Shown here: positions 30,579-40,394 of the stretch, one piece after another
Numbering within the stretch: position 1 is the first letter of the stretch
How the letters are laid out: each line of letters begins with the position of its first letter
From: an uncultured Chloroflexota bacterium
Lineage (GTDB): Bacteria > Chloroflexota > Dehalococcoidia > Lucifugimonadales > CAJXCD01
Assembly: GCA_913051545.1 (NCBI GenBank)
Contig: CAJXCD010000001.1
Span: forward strand, 236,863-300,862
Direction of reading: 5' to 3'
Length of the DNA stretch: 64,000 bases
Notes under the pieces: model-generated
What the model was told of the DNA's origin: nothing
What the model saw: the letters and a program-made list of their open reading frames with translations, nothing else
Databases searched by the model: none
Translations under genes and position numbers: made by a program

Positions 30579-30867
30579 GTCAAATCTCGCGGTACCACCC
30601 AACTTGCTCCGTCGAAAAAGACTGGAGCCTCTTTAGATAGACTTAACGCGTCCAGACGCCCATCCCTAAAGATACTCCAAGCTTTTTGCGTTTAGTCTCT
30701 CTTGCCAAGCCGCACTATGCACGGTTAATTTCCGAACCAAGAGAACCAAACCACCCTGGAATCCCGCTCAGGCTAGGTGCTCAGGGGTGAGTTCGTGACC
30801 TGTGTTGAGTTCTCACTTATCTCTCAGCTCACTGATCCAAGCCACTACTACTCCCCGTCAACGCAAC
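30545..30867 (-). promoter_or_regulatory. T-box riboswitch leader (Leu, CUC specifier) of the ilv-leu operon
   Basis: Minus-strand RNA has stem I start UUGCGUUGACGGGGAGUAGUA and specifier-loop GAA-CUC-A (complement of 30788..30794). It also has the T-box sequence UUGGGUGGUACCGCGAG (core at 30588..30600) and an overlapping terminator. Confidence 0.8.
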
Positions 30868-31000
30868 TATATTCTACTTTCCAAACCGTATTCAACGGTA
30901 ACATGATCCTCACGAACGTGTCAACGATGCGAAGGACCACTATTTTATTGTAAGTAAGCACTAACTCGAACAAAGACCCGATACACACGAGGTCAACTAT

Positions 31001-31258
31001 TCAGTCAGTGACGCCATTTTCTTTGAGGTAATCTAGGGCACTTTGAACGGTTATGATGTTTTCCGCATCCTCATCAGATATTTCTATCGGGTCGTCATCA
31101 GTGCTAAACTCTTCCTCAAAAGCCATTATCAATTCCACAAGGTCTAAAGAATCAGCATTTAAATCTTCTGTAAACGATGATTCTGGTAACACATCACCTT
31201 GGTCTACGCTAAGTTTTTCTGCCACAACTTCCTGTACTCTTTCTAACACGGTTGCCAT
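31001..31258 (-). CDS. acpP: Acyl carrier protein
   Basis: 85 aa, phosphopantetheine attachment motif [14 protein letters not shown]. Confidence 0.9.
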   Translation of the reverse strand: MATVLERVQEVVAEKLSVDQGDVLPESSFTEDLNADSLDLVELIMAFEEEFSTDDDPIEISDEDAENIITVQSALDYLKENGVTD

Positions 31259-31289
31259 TGGTAAATACCTCTCAGTGATTATTTATGTT

Positions 31290-31769
31290 TTACATCTCTT
31301 CTTCGCTGGAGTCAATTAGTGAGCCGAGAACTCCGTTGATTAGTCCTGGAGACCCATCGCTTCCGAAAAACTTGGCTAAATCTACAGCTTCGTTAATGGC
31401 TACTTTTGTCGGAACGTTATTGTCCATCAAAATTTCACACATAGCTACTCTAAGTAGATTTCTATCCACGACAGCCATCTGATCCACTGGCCAAGAAGGA
31501 GCGTGGGTTGATATTATCTCATCTAACGTACCTTTATTGGCAAGTACCTTTTCGACCAATTTTCGAGCATGCTCTTCAACTGGACGTTGTAGAGGTTTGT
31601 CTGAAAGTCGGTAGTTGAGTATGCCTTCAGGGTCATGTCTAGAACAATCTGTCTCGTATAGGACTTCGAGTGCCGTAGCGCGCGCTTTTCGCCTTGATGG
31701 CCAAGGCTGGGTATTCTCAGTGGCTATACGCTCTGAGGTGGATATGGTAGCCGGATGCTTTTCAGTCAT
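31290..31769 (-). CDS. nusB: Transcription antitermination factor NusB
   Basis: RRKARATALEVLYETD, VDRNLLRVAMCEIL, VAINEAVDLAKFFG, NGVLGSL. Confidence 0.85.
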   Translation of the reverse strand: MTEKHPATISTSERIATENTQPWPSRRKARATALEVLYETDCSRHDPEGILNYRLSDKPLQRPVEEHARKLVEKVLANKGTLDEIISTHAPSWPVDQMAVVDRNLLRVAMCEILMDNNVPTKVAINEAVDLAKFFGSDGSPGLINGVLGSLIDSSEEEM

Positions 31770-32727
31770 TCAAATATTTCCGATATGTTTCTATGTCACC
31801 CATGTTGCTAATATTAGTAGTTCTAACAGAACGATCTATTCGTTTCGTCATGCTGCTAAGGGCGGAACCAGGTCCAATCTCTAAGAAATGCGAAACGCCT
31901 GCATCAATCATTTTATTCATAGATGAATTCCATTGTACACAGCTGGTAATTTGATCCACAAGTTCTAGTTTCACTTCTTCAGCAGAATACAATGGATCAC
32001 TAGTGCAGTTAGATATAATTGGAATTGTAGGATTTTTAAATGGGAGCGTTTCTATCATTTCTACGAGGCCCGGCTGTGCCGTTTCCATTAAATTGGAGTG
32101 AAATGCACCGGCCACATGTAATTGTATCGATTTTTTAGCTCCTACAGATGAAGCTAATTTCAATGCATTTGACACAGATGTTTTATCTCCACTAATAACA
32201 ATCTGTTGAGGGGTATTGATATTTGAGATATATGTCCCTGTGGCTTTAGTAATTGTTTCCACGTCCGATACTTCTAGTCCTAAGATTGCTGCCATAGTGC
32301 CTGGATTAGCATCACATGCTTGCTGCATGAGGCGCCCCCTCTCCTGAACGAGCTGGGCCGCGTGACCTATTTCTATCACCCCTGATACCACCAATGCTGT
32401 GTATTCACCTAGGCTGTGCCCAGCGACGAAAATGGGCTTTTGGGTGTCATTTTCACTTAAACCTTCTTCAAATGCACTGAAGCAAGCTAAGCTTACGGCC
32501 ATTATTGCTGGTTGAGCGTTAACAGTCTTAGTGATTTCTGTATCGTCCCCATCAAAGATTAATTTCGACAATGACCTCCCAAGGGCATGATCAACTTCTT
32601 CGAAGACTGCCTTGGCAGAAGGTGAAGCGTAAAAAAGATCCTTGCCCATCCCTGCCTTTTGTGAGCCCTGTCCTGGAAACAGATAAGCACTTTTCACGTT
32701 TTGTTTGGTCTTGCGATTTATGGACAT
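31762..32727 (-). CDS. fabD: Malonyl-CoA:ACP transacylase
   Basis: FPGQGSQ and the active-site GHSLGEY motif. Confidence 0.9.
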   Translation of the reverse strand: MSINRKTKQNVKSAYLFPGQGSQKAGMGKDLFYASPSAKAVFEEVDHALGRSLSKLIFDGDDTEITKTVNAQPAIMAVSLACFSAFEEGLSENDTQKPIFVAGHSLGEYTALVVSGVIEIGHAAQLVQERGRLMQQACDANPGTMAAILGLEVSDVETITKATGTYISNINTPQQIVISGDKTSVSNALKLASSVGAKKSIQLHVAGAFHSNLMETAQPGLVEMIETLPFKNPTIPIISNCTSDPLYSAEEVKLELVDQITSCVQWNSSMNKMIDAGVSHFLEIGPGSALSSMTKRIDRSVRTTNISNMGDIETYRKYLND

Positions 32728-32777
32728 ACGTCGAATAGATTATTTGAAAGTCGTTTTGGAAAAATCACATCCAAAGT

Positions 32778-32972
32778 CTATGCCTCGGTTTCGGAATCCG
32801 AGGAAATTACTTCGCGCCCATTGTAGTAGCCACATTTTGGACATACGCGGTGAGGCAGTTTAGACTCATTGCATTGCGGACATGTAGCGACTCCACGAGG
32901 TTTCAGGGCGGCGTGGGCGTTACGGCTCCCCTTTCGGCCTTTTGAGTGTTTCTTTTTAGGTAGAGGTGGCAT
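32778..32972 (-). CDS. rpmF: 50S ribosomal protein L32
   Basis: 64 aa, zinc ribbon CPQC...CPKCGYYNGREV. Confidence 0.9.
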   Translation of the reverse strand: MPPLPKKKHSKGRKGSRNAHAALKPRGVATCPQCNESKLPHRVCPKCGYYNGREVISSDSETEA

Positions 32973-32984
32973 TAATTTTCTCTC

Positions 32985-33473
32985 CTATATAATTCCCTTG
33001 AGATCGTCCCACTGGGTATTTAATGGTTCGTTGACACATTTACAAACGTTCTGATTGAGATTAGTACCGCACAATGAGCATAATCCTTTGCAGTCAGTAC
33101 TGCAAGTAAATTGAATAGGTTGATTTATGATGATGTAGTGCTCGATAGTCTGACTTAAGTCTAAGATGTTATGTTGGTCTATTACAGTATTTATACTTTC
33201 TAGGCTTCCGCAATCATTAAGCCTCAACTCGTTTACCATAAAAAATTCCTCTTCTATGGACATTCCTAATCTTTTGGTTGAGTCATTAAGGCATCTGTCG
33301 CATTCTTCATGCATTAAATAGTCCAAACGTGCACTTACCCATAGGCCTCTGTCAGTTCTAAGCATTCGAACACTACCATTCATGCGCCTGCCGCACTTGA
33401 TCTCTTCATCGACGTTGTAGGTTCTAATGGCGCCATTTCTTTCACTGATGATTCCGGCCACGTTGAATTTCAT
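32985..33473 (-). CDS. yceD: DUF177 / YceD-family protein (23S rRNA accumulation protein)
   Basis: 162 aa with Cys-rich C-terminal half (CSTDCKGLCSLCGTNLN). Canonical position directly upstream of rpmF. Confidence 0.8.
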   Translation of the reverse strand: MKFNVAGIISERNGAIRTYNVDEEIKCGRRMNGSVRMLRTDRGLWVSARLDYLMHEECDRCLNDSTKRLGMSIEEEFFMVNELRLNDCGSLESINTVIDQHNILDLSQTIEHYIIINQPIQFTCSTDCKGLCSLCGTNLNQNVCKCVNEPLNTQWDDLKGII

Positions 33474-33648
33474 ACGTCAGATCCTCTCTAGGCAGATATT
33501 CTAGGAATCATTTAGAATTAGTGTCAAGTCAACGGGATTTCTTCTTACATGAATGCTTGCAATTAGGTCCGGAGGAGATATTCTCAGTTGTCTTACAGCC
33601 ATACCGTTCATTATAATGCGCGAAGAACTAAATGGGGGTACATTTGAG

Positions 33649-34578
33649 ATGGCTCAAGCCATGGCCTTTTTCAAGGGTAATGTTGTTCCGATAGAACAGG
33701 CCAATGTTAGCGTGATGACCCATGCGCTTCACTACGGAACAGCAGTGTTTGAAGGCGTCCGTGGGAATTGGAATGCCGACCAGAACGAGATGTTTGTGTT
33801 TAGATTACGCGAACACTACGAAAGAATGCTGAGGGGTAGCAAGGTAATGTTGATGGACATACCCTATTCAGTCGATGACCTCTGTGACATCACAACCGAT
33901 TTGATTCGAAGTTGTGGATACGCAGAAGATATATACATACGACCAATTATTTATAAGAGTGAAGAATTGGTTGCTAACTTAAAACTACACCAATTAGCCA
34001 GTGATTTTGCCTTGATAGTGGTACCGTTCGGATCGTATATCGATACCGAAGGAGCTATTAAATGCTGCACATCCTCGTGGCGTAGACCTGATGACACTAT
34101 GATGCCCACAGGAGTAAAATTGACAGGGCTTTATACTACAAGCATACTCGCAAAGACGGAGGCAGACTTACTTGGTTATGATGAGGCAATTCTATTAAAT
34201 CACGATGGGACAGTGTCGGAAGGGAGCGGCGAGAATCTTTTCCTATGTCAAAATGGACGCATTTCGACACCCAGTGAAACTAGCAATTGCCTTTTAGGTA
34301 TAACGCGAGACTCAATAATAACCTTGGCCAGAAATGAACTAGGTATGGAGATAGTGGAAAGACATGTACACCGTAGCGAGCTATATTTAGCAGATGAAAT
34401 ATTTTTGACGGGCACTGCTGCACATGTTACCCCCGTAGGCTATCTAGATGAACGTTCAGTTGGGGATGGGGATGTTGGTCCGGTAACTAGGTCTTTGAGT
34501 GAGATGTACAATTCAGTAATAAGGGGGAACCATTCTAAATATATGGAATGGTGTACACCGGTATCTTTAGGGGATTAA
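33649..34578 (+). CDS. ilvE: Branched-chain amino acid aminotransferase (class IV)
   Basis: HALHYGTAVFEGVRG, YIRP, GVKLTG, EGSGENLF, GITRDS. ATG 33649 preferred over the track start 33553, which adds about 32 atypical residues. Confidence 0.85.
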   Translation: MAQAMAFFKGNVVPIEQANVSVMTHALHYGTAVFEGVRGNWNADQNEMFVFRLREHYERMLRGSKVMLMDIPYSVDDLCDITTDLIRSCGYAEDIYIRPIIYKSEELVANLKLHQLASDFALIVVPFGSYIDTEGAIKCCTSSWRRPDDTMMPTGVKLTGLYTTSILAKTEADLLGYDEAILLNHDGTVSEGSGENLFLCQNGRISTPSETSNCLLGITRDSIITLARNELGMEIVERHVHRSELYLADEIFLTGTAAHVTPVGYLDERSVGDGDVGPVTRSLSEMYNSVIRGNHSKYMEWCTPVSLGD

Positions 34579-34626
34579 GGTATGATTCCTGTCATTTAAC
34601 GTGAATTTGGACTAATGTACTGAATT

Positions 34627-35064
34627 ATGTTGTCTTTTGCGTTCGACTATTTTCTGTTCATATTTTTTGCATCTTTCGGGATTGTTCAATTTGCTGCATC
34701 GAAATCGGGTCTCGCATCGATATTGATTTTTCGATCTCCAAAATTATCCCGAATTATTGGTATTACATTAATAGTGATTTCAGCAGGGGTATTTTTTCTT
34801 ACAGATAACCGTAATATTAATGATTATGAGGGAGGATTGGATGCTAATCAACAAGCTTATTTATTTGTCCTCGCTTCATTTGCATCATTAGTTGCCACAA
34901 TGACGATTGGATCGATACGACACAGGCGTGTGGAGTCAGATTTTACTATTGATGAAGGTTTAGGTTCTTTAGTCAAGACGGGATATTTTAAGGCTTTGCT
35001 TGGAAGTATGAGGTACTGGCATCGCGAATGGAAAACACAGATCAAAGACTACTTATTTGGCTGA
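34627..35064 (+). CDS. Hypothetical membrane protein
   Basis: 145-aa ORF with 3-4 hydrophobic segments and no recognisable motif. Overlaps the next ORF by 37 nt, so one of the two boundaries is uncertain. Confidence 0.4.
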   Translation: MLSFAFDYFLFIFFASFGIVQFAASKSGLASILIFRSPKLSRIIGITLIVISAGVFFLTDNRNINDYEGGLDANQQAYLFVLASFASLVATMTIGSIRHRRVESDFTIDEGLGSLVKTGYFKALLGSMRYWHREWKTQIKDYLFG

Positions 35065-35609
35065 ATAGTTGGGTTGGTAAGTCACAGATATTTGATTCGG
35101 TGGTCGAGTGGTTTGTAAGCGACTATCTAGTACCAGTGGTTTTGATATTGATTCTTCTTAATTTTTGGTTTTCTGGAACTACTATAAATGATAGGTATAG
35201 GCGTCAAGTTGTTGTGCTGACGGCTTTGGTGTCAATGGCATTGGCAAGTTGGGTTGTGATGATCAACAATGGGATCTATTTCCGACCGCGGCCGTTTGAG
35301 GAAATTCAACTTACGTTACTTTTTTATGAGCCTACAGATTCTTCTTTTCCTGCAAATACTGCCGCTGCTACTTTCGCTATTTCCGCGACGATTTGGCAGT
35401 TAAATAGGCGATTAGGTATAGCCTTATTATTACTTTCTGGACTATTTGGCTTAAGTAGAGTGTACGCGGGGGTGCATTATCCTTCAGATATCATAGCAGG
35501 CGGTTTTATTGGTGTGGTTATGTCTTTGATTGTCACGAAATTCATGACTGTGTTTGAAATCATACCCAAAGTTTTTATCAAAGCCGTTCGGATAATATGT
35601 TTAGCATAA
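35028..35609 (+). CDS. PAP2 superfamily phosphatase (undecaprenyl-diphosphatase-like)
   Basis: PAP2 motifs SFPANTAAA and SRVYAGVHYPSD within a polytopic membrane protein. Confidence 0.7.
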   Translation: MENTDQRLLIWLNSWVGKSQIFDSVVEWFVSDYLVPVVLILILLNFWFSGTTINDRYRRQVVVLTALVSMALASWVVMINNGIYFRPRPFEEIQLTLLFYEPTDSSFPANTAAATFAISATIWQLNRRLGIALLLLSGLFGLSRVYAGVHYPSDIIAGGFIGVVMSLIVTKFMTVFEIIPKVFIKAVRIICLA

Positions 35610-35679
35610 ATGTTTGTAGTGTTCTTGTATGAATTTAAGGCGCGTCATCCTCGAAGGCATTGTATAGAGAGTAAATATT

Positions 35680-38600
35680 ATGTATTTTAGCTTTCGGCTG
35701 TTTGGTATAACGCGTGGGTATCGCTCAAGGATAATTTTAGCTGCATTTGCAGGATTATTTGCAATAATTTGCGGCATTGGCAGACTCGCACTTTCTGGTG
35801 TGGTGATCGCTAGAGTTTTTAATGGTGAGTCATTTTCGACATTGATTCCACAGATGATAGTGATTTCATTACTAGTGATTTTAAGGGCCTTGAGTCAGTA
35901 TGTGCGCGATATGCTCAGTCACAGAGTGGCAAGTGAAATTAAAATAGGTTTACGACAACGTTTGTGTTCCCATTTATTGGGGTTAGGCCCAGGGTATTTT
36001 GATCGACGTAGAATAGGTGATGTCCTTGTATTTCTGGTAGATGGAGTCGAGAATTTAGAAGCATTTTTTGGTCAGTATCTCCCACAATTTTTTGTAGCTG
36101 CAGTAGCGCCGATAATAATATTCGTATTTATGGTTACGCTTGATTTACAAATAGGCGTAATTATTTTGTTTTCTGCTTTAGCCACATTCTTTTTACCTTC
36201 TTGGCTCCATCGGATGCATAGGCATTTGAGCTTGGCTCGCAGGGATACATTTGGAGCATTGGGCGCAGAATTCCTTGATAGCATTCAGGGCATTACTACT
36301 CTAAAGGGGTTTGGTCAGAGTCGACGAAGGGGTGAGATGTTATCGGAAAAGGCGAGAGAGGTGTATCGGAGCACTATGAAGGTTTTCCTCGTTGACGGTA
36401 TTTCTAGTGCCGTTACCATAGTAGGGGTTTCTGGGGGAGCTTCTCTGGCTTTAGCATGGGGTGCGATACGAGTCGGTAACGGGGATTTAGAATTACAGAG
36501 CCTATTGATCATTCTTATGTTAGGTGCTGAAGTATTTAGGCCGTTGAGAGAATTAACCCAATTGTATCATCAAGGGATGACAGCAATGGCTTCAGCAGAA
36601 GGGGTTTTTGGGGTATTCGATAGCAGGATAAAAGTTGTTGATGTGCAAACAGAATCTGGAAATAAAGAATTACCTGTTCCAGGAAATCTGAGTGATATAG
36701 TATTTGAAAACGTGACTCTTAAGTATGATCAAGGGAAGCGTTCAGCAATTGAAAATTTGTCGTTTACTCTCCGGGCAGGTGAAACATTAGGTCTGGTAGG
36801 CGCTAGCGGTGCAGGTAAGTCGACAGTTGTGTGGCTTCTTTTTCGTTTTCTAGATCCTCAAAAAGGGAGAATATATTTGGGCGGTAGGGATCTACCCTCT
36901 ATCTCTTTAGATGTCTTGAGATCTCAAATAGCGGTCGTTACTCAAGACACGTATCTTTTTAACGGCACAATTGCTGAAAATTTACGACTCGGCAGAATTG
37001 ATGCTACTGAGGAAGAAATAGTGGAAGCTGCACGTTCTGCGAATGCACATGAGTTCATAAGTGATTTGAAAGATGGATATGAAACCAATGTAGGTGAGCG
37101 TGGCGTTAAGTTATCTGGTGGACAGAGGCAAAGAATAGCAATCGCAAGAGCACTACTTAAATCTGCGCCAATATTAGTGCTTGACGAAGCCTTGTCAAAC
37201 GTCGATGCAGATAATGAGGCGGATATACAGTCAGCGATTGATAGATTAACAAAAGGTAAGACGACTCTAATTATAGCTCACCGTTTGTCAAGTGTCGTGA
37301 AAGCTGATCGAATTTTGGTATTGGACAAGGGTGCTTTGGTTGAATCTGGTACACACAGAGAATTAGTGGGCTCCAGAGGTATGTATTCGCGATTGATGTC
37401 CGCACAACAATTTGCTCAGGATGAAAATTTTCTGAATGTTGACGTGATTGGGAAGAGAAAAAATTATATAGAAGATGATAATTTAGCTAAACAGTTAGAC
37501 ATATCTGAACAAGAAATTCAGACTACGGAAATATCGATATGGGAGGTATGTAAAAGGCTTTTACGCTTGGTTAAACAATGGTCTTGGGAACTTATTTTGA
37601 GTTTATTGTCAGGACTCACTCACCACTCCACAAATATTGGTCTTGGAGCTATGGGGGCAATATTAGTAGGACGGATTTATACCGGAGATACATTTGGTGA
37701 GTTATTAGTATATTTAGGCGTATTCGTAATAATTTGTGCGTTGGCTCGTTGGGTTGAAGCTTGGGCGTCTCATGATTTGGCGTATCGACTTTTAGCTGAA
37801 ATGCGTATAGATATGTACAATGGGCTAGAACCGCTTGCCCCTGCCTACACGAACGATCGTACCTCAGGAGATTTAGCAAGTGTAGCGGGGGGCGATGTTG
37901 AAAGCATAGAAAATTTTTATGCTCATGTCATAACTCCGGCTATAGTTGCATTGGTGTTACCTTTAGCTGTAATCATCACTCTATTATTTGTAGCATGGCC
38001 TCTAGTGCTAGCCCTATTCCCATTTCTTTCTGTAGCTGCCATAAGCCCATTTTTTGCACAACAAAAATCTGAACGTTTAGGTCTAGAAATGAGGCAGAAG
38101 TTGGGAGAATTGAACGCTTTAGTAGTGGATGGCATTCAGGGGATGAGAGAAATATCTGCCTTTGGTGCAGGTGATCTATGGCTAAATCAAACCATAAAAA
38201 AGGGGGAAGGATTTTCGAAATATCGACTAGATTTTCTTAAGCAGCAAGCTTTTCAAGGTGGAATTATTGAATCGGTAACAGCCTTAGGTGGATTATCAGT
38301 ACTGGCCACTGGAGCTTTCCTTGCATCTGAAGAAGAAATCAGTCGATCTGTATTACCGCTTACTACGCTGCTGGCACTATCTTCCTTTGCTCCGGTTACA
38401 GAGCTTGCTAGTACATTGAGACAATTAATGGAGACAATTGCTTCTGCCAGAAGGATTTTCCAAATACAAGATGAGCCGGTTGTAATTATGGATGGGCCTG
38501 GGGTTCGGTTGCCAAATCATGTTTCTCGTGTACCATCTTTGCTGTTTGAAAATGTCAGTTTTTCTTATTCGAAAAAGAACACATCTGTGCTTCGAGAAAT

Positions 38601-39270
38601 AAATTTTTCCGTAAAATCTGGTCAGACAGTGGCTTTAGTGGGACATTCTGGAGCAGGCAAAACGACGATAGCAAACTTATTAATGAGGTTTTGGGATCCC
38701 GACGAAGGCTCGATATTCCTGGGGGGTTACAAATTGAAGCAATTCACCCTTGAAGAATTAAGACAGAATATAGCGATGGTGTCTCAAGACACATATCTTT
38801 TCAACGCCTCAATTATAGATAATCTCAGAATGGCTAAACATGATGCTACGGAGGCTGAAATTCAAAATGCCACAACTATTGCTAATGCACATGAATTTAT
38901 CGAATCATTCCCGGATAGATATGATACTGAGATTGGAGAGCGAGGCATCCGTCTGTCGGGTGGCCAACGCCAGAGGTTATCAATAGCGAGGGCAGTATTA
39001 AAAGATGCTCCCGTACTAATTCTTGATGAGGCAACCTCACACCTTGATATGATTAGCGAGCAACAGGTGAGAGAAGCTTTCCAGAATGTCACAGCAGGAC
39101 GTACTACTTTGGTTATTGCACACAGATTATCTACTGTTCGCGATTCTGACCACATAGTGGTACTGAATCACGGCCGAATAGATGAGGAAGGTACTCATGA
39201 ATTCCTGTTAAAGTCAAACGGAGCGTATTCTAGATTAGTATCTACACAGATATTAGGTACTTCAGGCTAG
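35680..39270 (+). CDS. Fused double ABC exporter (TMD-NBD-TMD-NBD), CydD/CydC-like
   Basis: 1196 aa. Two Walker A sites (GASGAGKST, GHSGAGKTT), two LSGGQRQR signatures and two Walker B sites (ILVLDEA, VLILDEA), each preceded by a six-helix-type TMD. Confidence 0.8.
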   Translation: MYFSFRLFGITRGYRSRIILAAFAGLFAIICGIGRLALSGVVIARVFNGESFSTLIPQMIVISLLVILRALSQYVRDMLSHRVASEIKIGLRQRLCSHLLGLGPGYFDRRRIGDVLVFLVDGVENLEAFFGQYLPQFFVAAVAPIIIFVFMVTLDLQIGVIILFSALATFFLPSWLHRMHRHLSLARRDTFGALGAEFLDSIQGITTLKGFGQSRRRGEMLSEKAREVYRSTMKVFLVDGISSAVTIVGVSGGASLALAWGAIRVGNGDLELQSLLIILMLGAEVFRPLRELTQLYHQGMTAMASAEGVFGVFDSRIKVVDVQTESGNKELPVPGNLSDIVFENVTLKYDQGKRSAIENLSFTLRAGETLGLVGASGAGKSTVVWLLFRFLDPQKGRIYLGGRDLPSISLDVLRSQIAVVTQDTYLFNGTIAENLRLGRIDATEEEIVEAARSANAHEFISDLKDGYETNVGERGVKLSGGQRQRIAIARALLKSAPILVLDEALSNVDADNEADIQSAIDRLTKGKTTLIIAHRLSSVVKADRILVLDKGALVESGTHRELVGSRGMYSRLMSAQQFAQDENFLNVDVIGKRKNYIEDDNLAKQLDISEQEIQTTEISIWEVCKRLLRLVKQWSWELILSLLSGLTHHSTNIGLGAMGAILVGRIYTGDTFGELLVYLGVFVIICALARWVEAWASHDLAYRLLAEMRIDMYNGLEPLAPAYTNDRTSGDLASVAGGDVESIENFYAHVITPAIVALVLPLAVIITLLFVAWPLVLALFPFLSVAAISPFFAQQKSERLGLEMRQKLGELNALVVDGIQGMREISAFGAGDLWLNQTIKKGEGFSKYRLDFLKQQAFQGGIIESVTALGGLSVLATGAFLASEEEISRSVLPLTTLLALSSFAPVTELASTLRQLMETIASARRIFQIQDEPVVIMDGPGVRLPNHVSRVPSLLFENVSFSYSKKNTSVLREINFSVKSGQTVALVGHSGAGKTTIANLLMRFWDPDEGSIFLGGYKLKQFTLEELRQNIAMVSQDTYLFNASIIDNLRMAKHDATEAEIQNATTIANAHEFIESFPDRYDTEIGERGIRLSGGQRQRLSIARAVLKDAPVLILDEATSHLDMISEQQVREAFQNVTAGRTTLVIAHRLSTVRDSDHIVVLNHGRIDEEGTHEFLLKSNGAYSRLVSTQILGTSG

Positions 39271-39283
39271 ACATGTAGGATTT

Positions 39284-40336
39284 TTATAGTCCGTTTGGTA
39301 AAGGTACGTTGAATCGTTCTGAAGCCTCACGCAGATTTTGAACAGTTCCTTGTGGAAGGGGGATGCCATTTGCAGATCGGTCTTCGTACACTCTGTTCTC
39401 GATTTCTCCAGGAACAAAAATTTCTTTGGACTCATCAGTTTTAGGTAGAGATTTAATTCCCTGTACTAGGCGATCCACATTTTCCCTGTAAGAATCAGTA
39501 TCAGTGAAAGTACTAATGTTGATTGCTGCTACAAAACTGTTTTGCATACCGCGTACAATTTTAGATTTGACAGGCTCCGGTGGCTGTAGTAGAGGATTAC
39601 CTACCATAAGGCTGGATAAACACTCAAACATTAAGGCAAGGCCGGATCCTTTTGGCCCTCCGAAAGGTAGCAGAGATTTAAATTGTTTTGGGTCTGTGGT
39701 TGGTTTACCGTCGCTATCTAGAGCCCAAGTGTTTGGTATAGATACTCCCTTGTCTTTAGCAAATTCTAGTTTCCCACCCGCAGCTACACTTGTGGCCATA
39801 TCGAGTGAGATAGGTTTGTGCTGTAGTCCTGGAACAGCTATGGCTATTGGGCTATTGTGTACTCCAGGGACTCTAGCTCCATGTGGGGCCATGTTTGCCG
39901 GACTACACACGGATGCTAGGCCTGCCATATTTTGTTCTGCGGCCATTAATGAATAATATGCCATTGCCCCTTGGTGGGTTGTATTGCGAATTAGCCCCCA
40001 GCCAATACCAGCAGTTTTTGCTTTTTCAATAGCTTTATTCATTGCCATAGTTGTTACCACTGGGCCTAGAGCTAAATCTGCGTCTATTAGAAATGTTGCT
40101 TGTGTTTCGTTAACTATTTGTATATTGGGTTTAGGTTTCATTATTCCCTTGTCAATCCATCCAAGGTATAAGGGAATCCGCAGCACACCATGAGAGTCCA
40201 CTCCCCTAAGGTTCGCCCAGATGAGCACATCGGACTCAGTTTCAGCATCTCTACGAGGTACTCCCGCTTTTGAAAACACTTCTACAGAGAAGTTTTTCAG
40301 TTCGTCACTAGGTACCCTAGTTAAATTATCTTCCAT
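39284..40336 (-). CDS. Ldh_2 family (malate/L-lactate dehydrogenase type 2) oxidoreductase
   Basis: 350 aa. GVDSHGVLRIPLY and HQGAMAYY-type motifs. AAGGGAG RBS upstream of ATG 40336. Confidence 0.75.
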   Translation of the reverse strand: MEDNLTRVPSDELKNFSVEVFSKAGVPRRDAETESDVLIWANLRGVDSHGVLRIPLYLGWIDKGIMKPKPNIQIVNETQATFLIDADLALGPVVTTMAMNKAIEKAKTAGIGWGLIRNTTHQGAMAYYSLMAAEQNMAGLASVCSPANMAPHGARVPGVHNSPIAIAVPGLQHKPISLDMATSVAAGGKLEFAKDKGVSIPNTWALDSDGKPTTDPKQFKSLLPFGGPKGSGLALMFECLSSLMVGNPLLQPPEPVKSKIVRGMQNSFVAAINISTFTDTDSYRENVDRLVQGIKSLPKTDESKEIFVPGEIENRVYEDRSANGIPLPQGTVQNLREASERFNVPLPNGL

Positions 40337-40394
40337 TATTTTTGTCTCCCTTAGGTAGCCCCATTAGTTGTATATGAAATATTATGCTAAAAGG

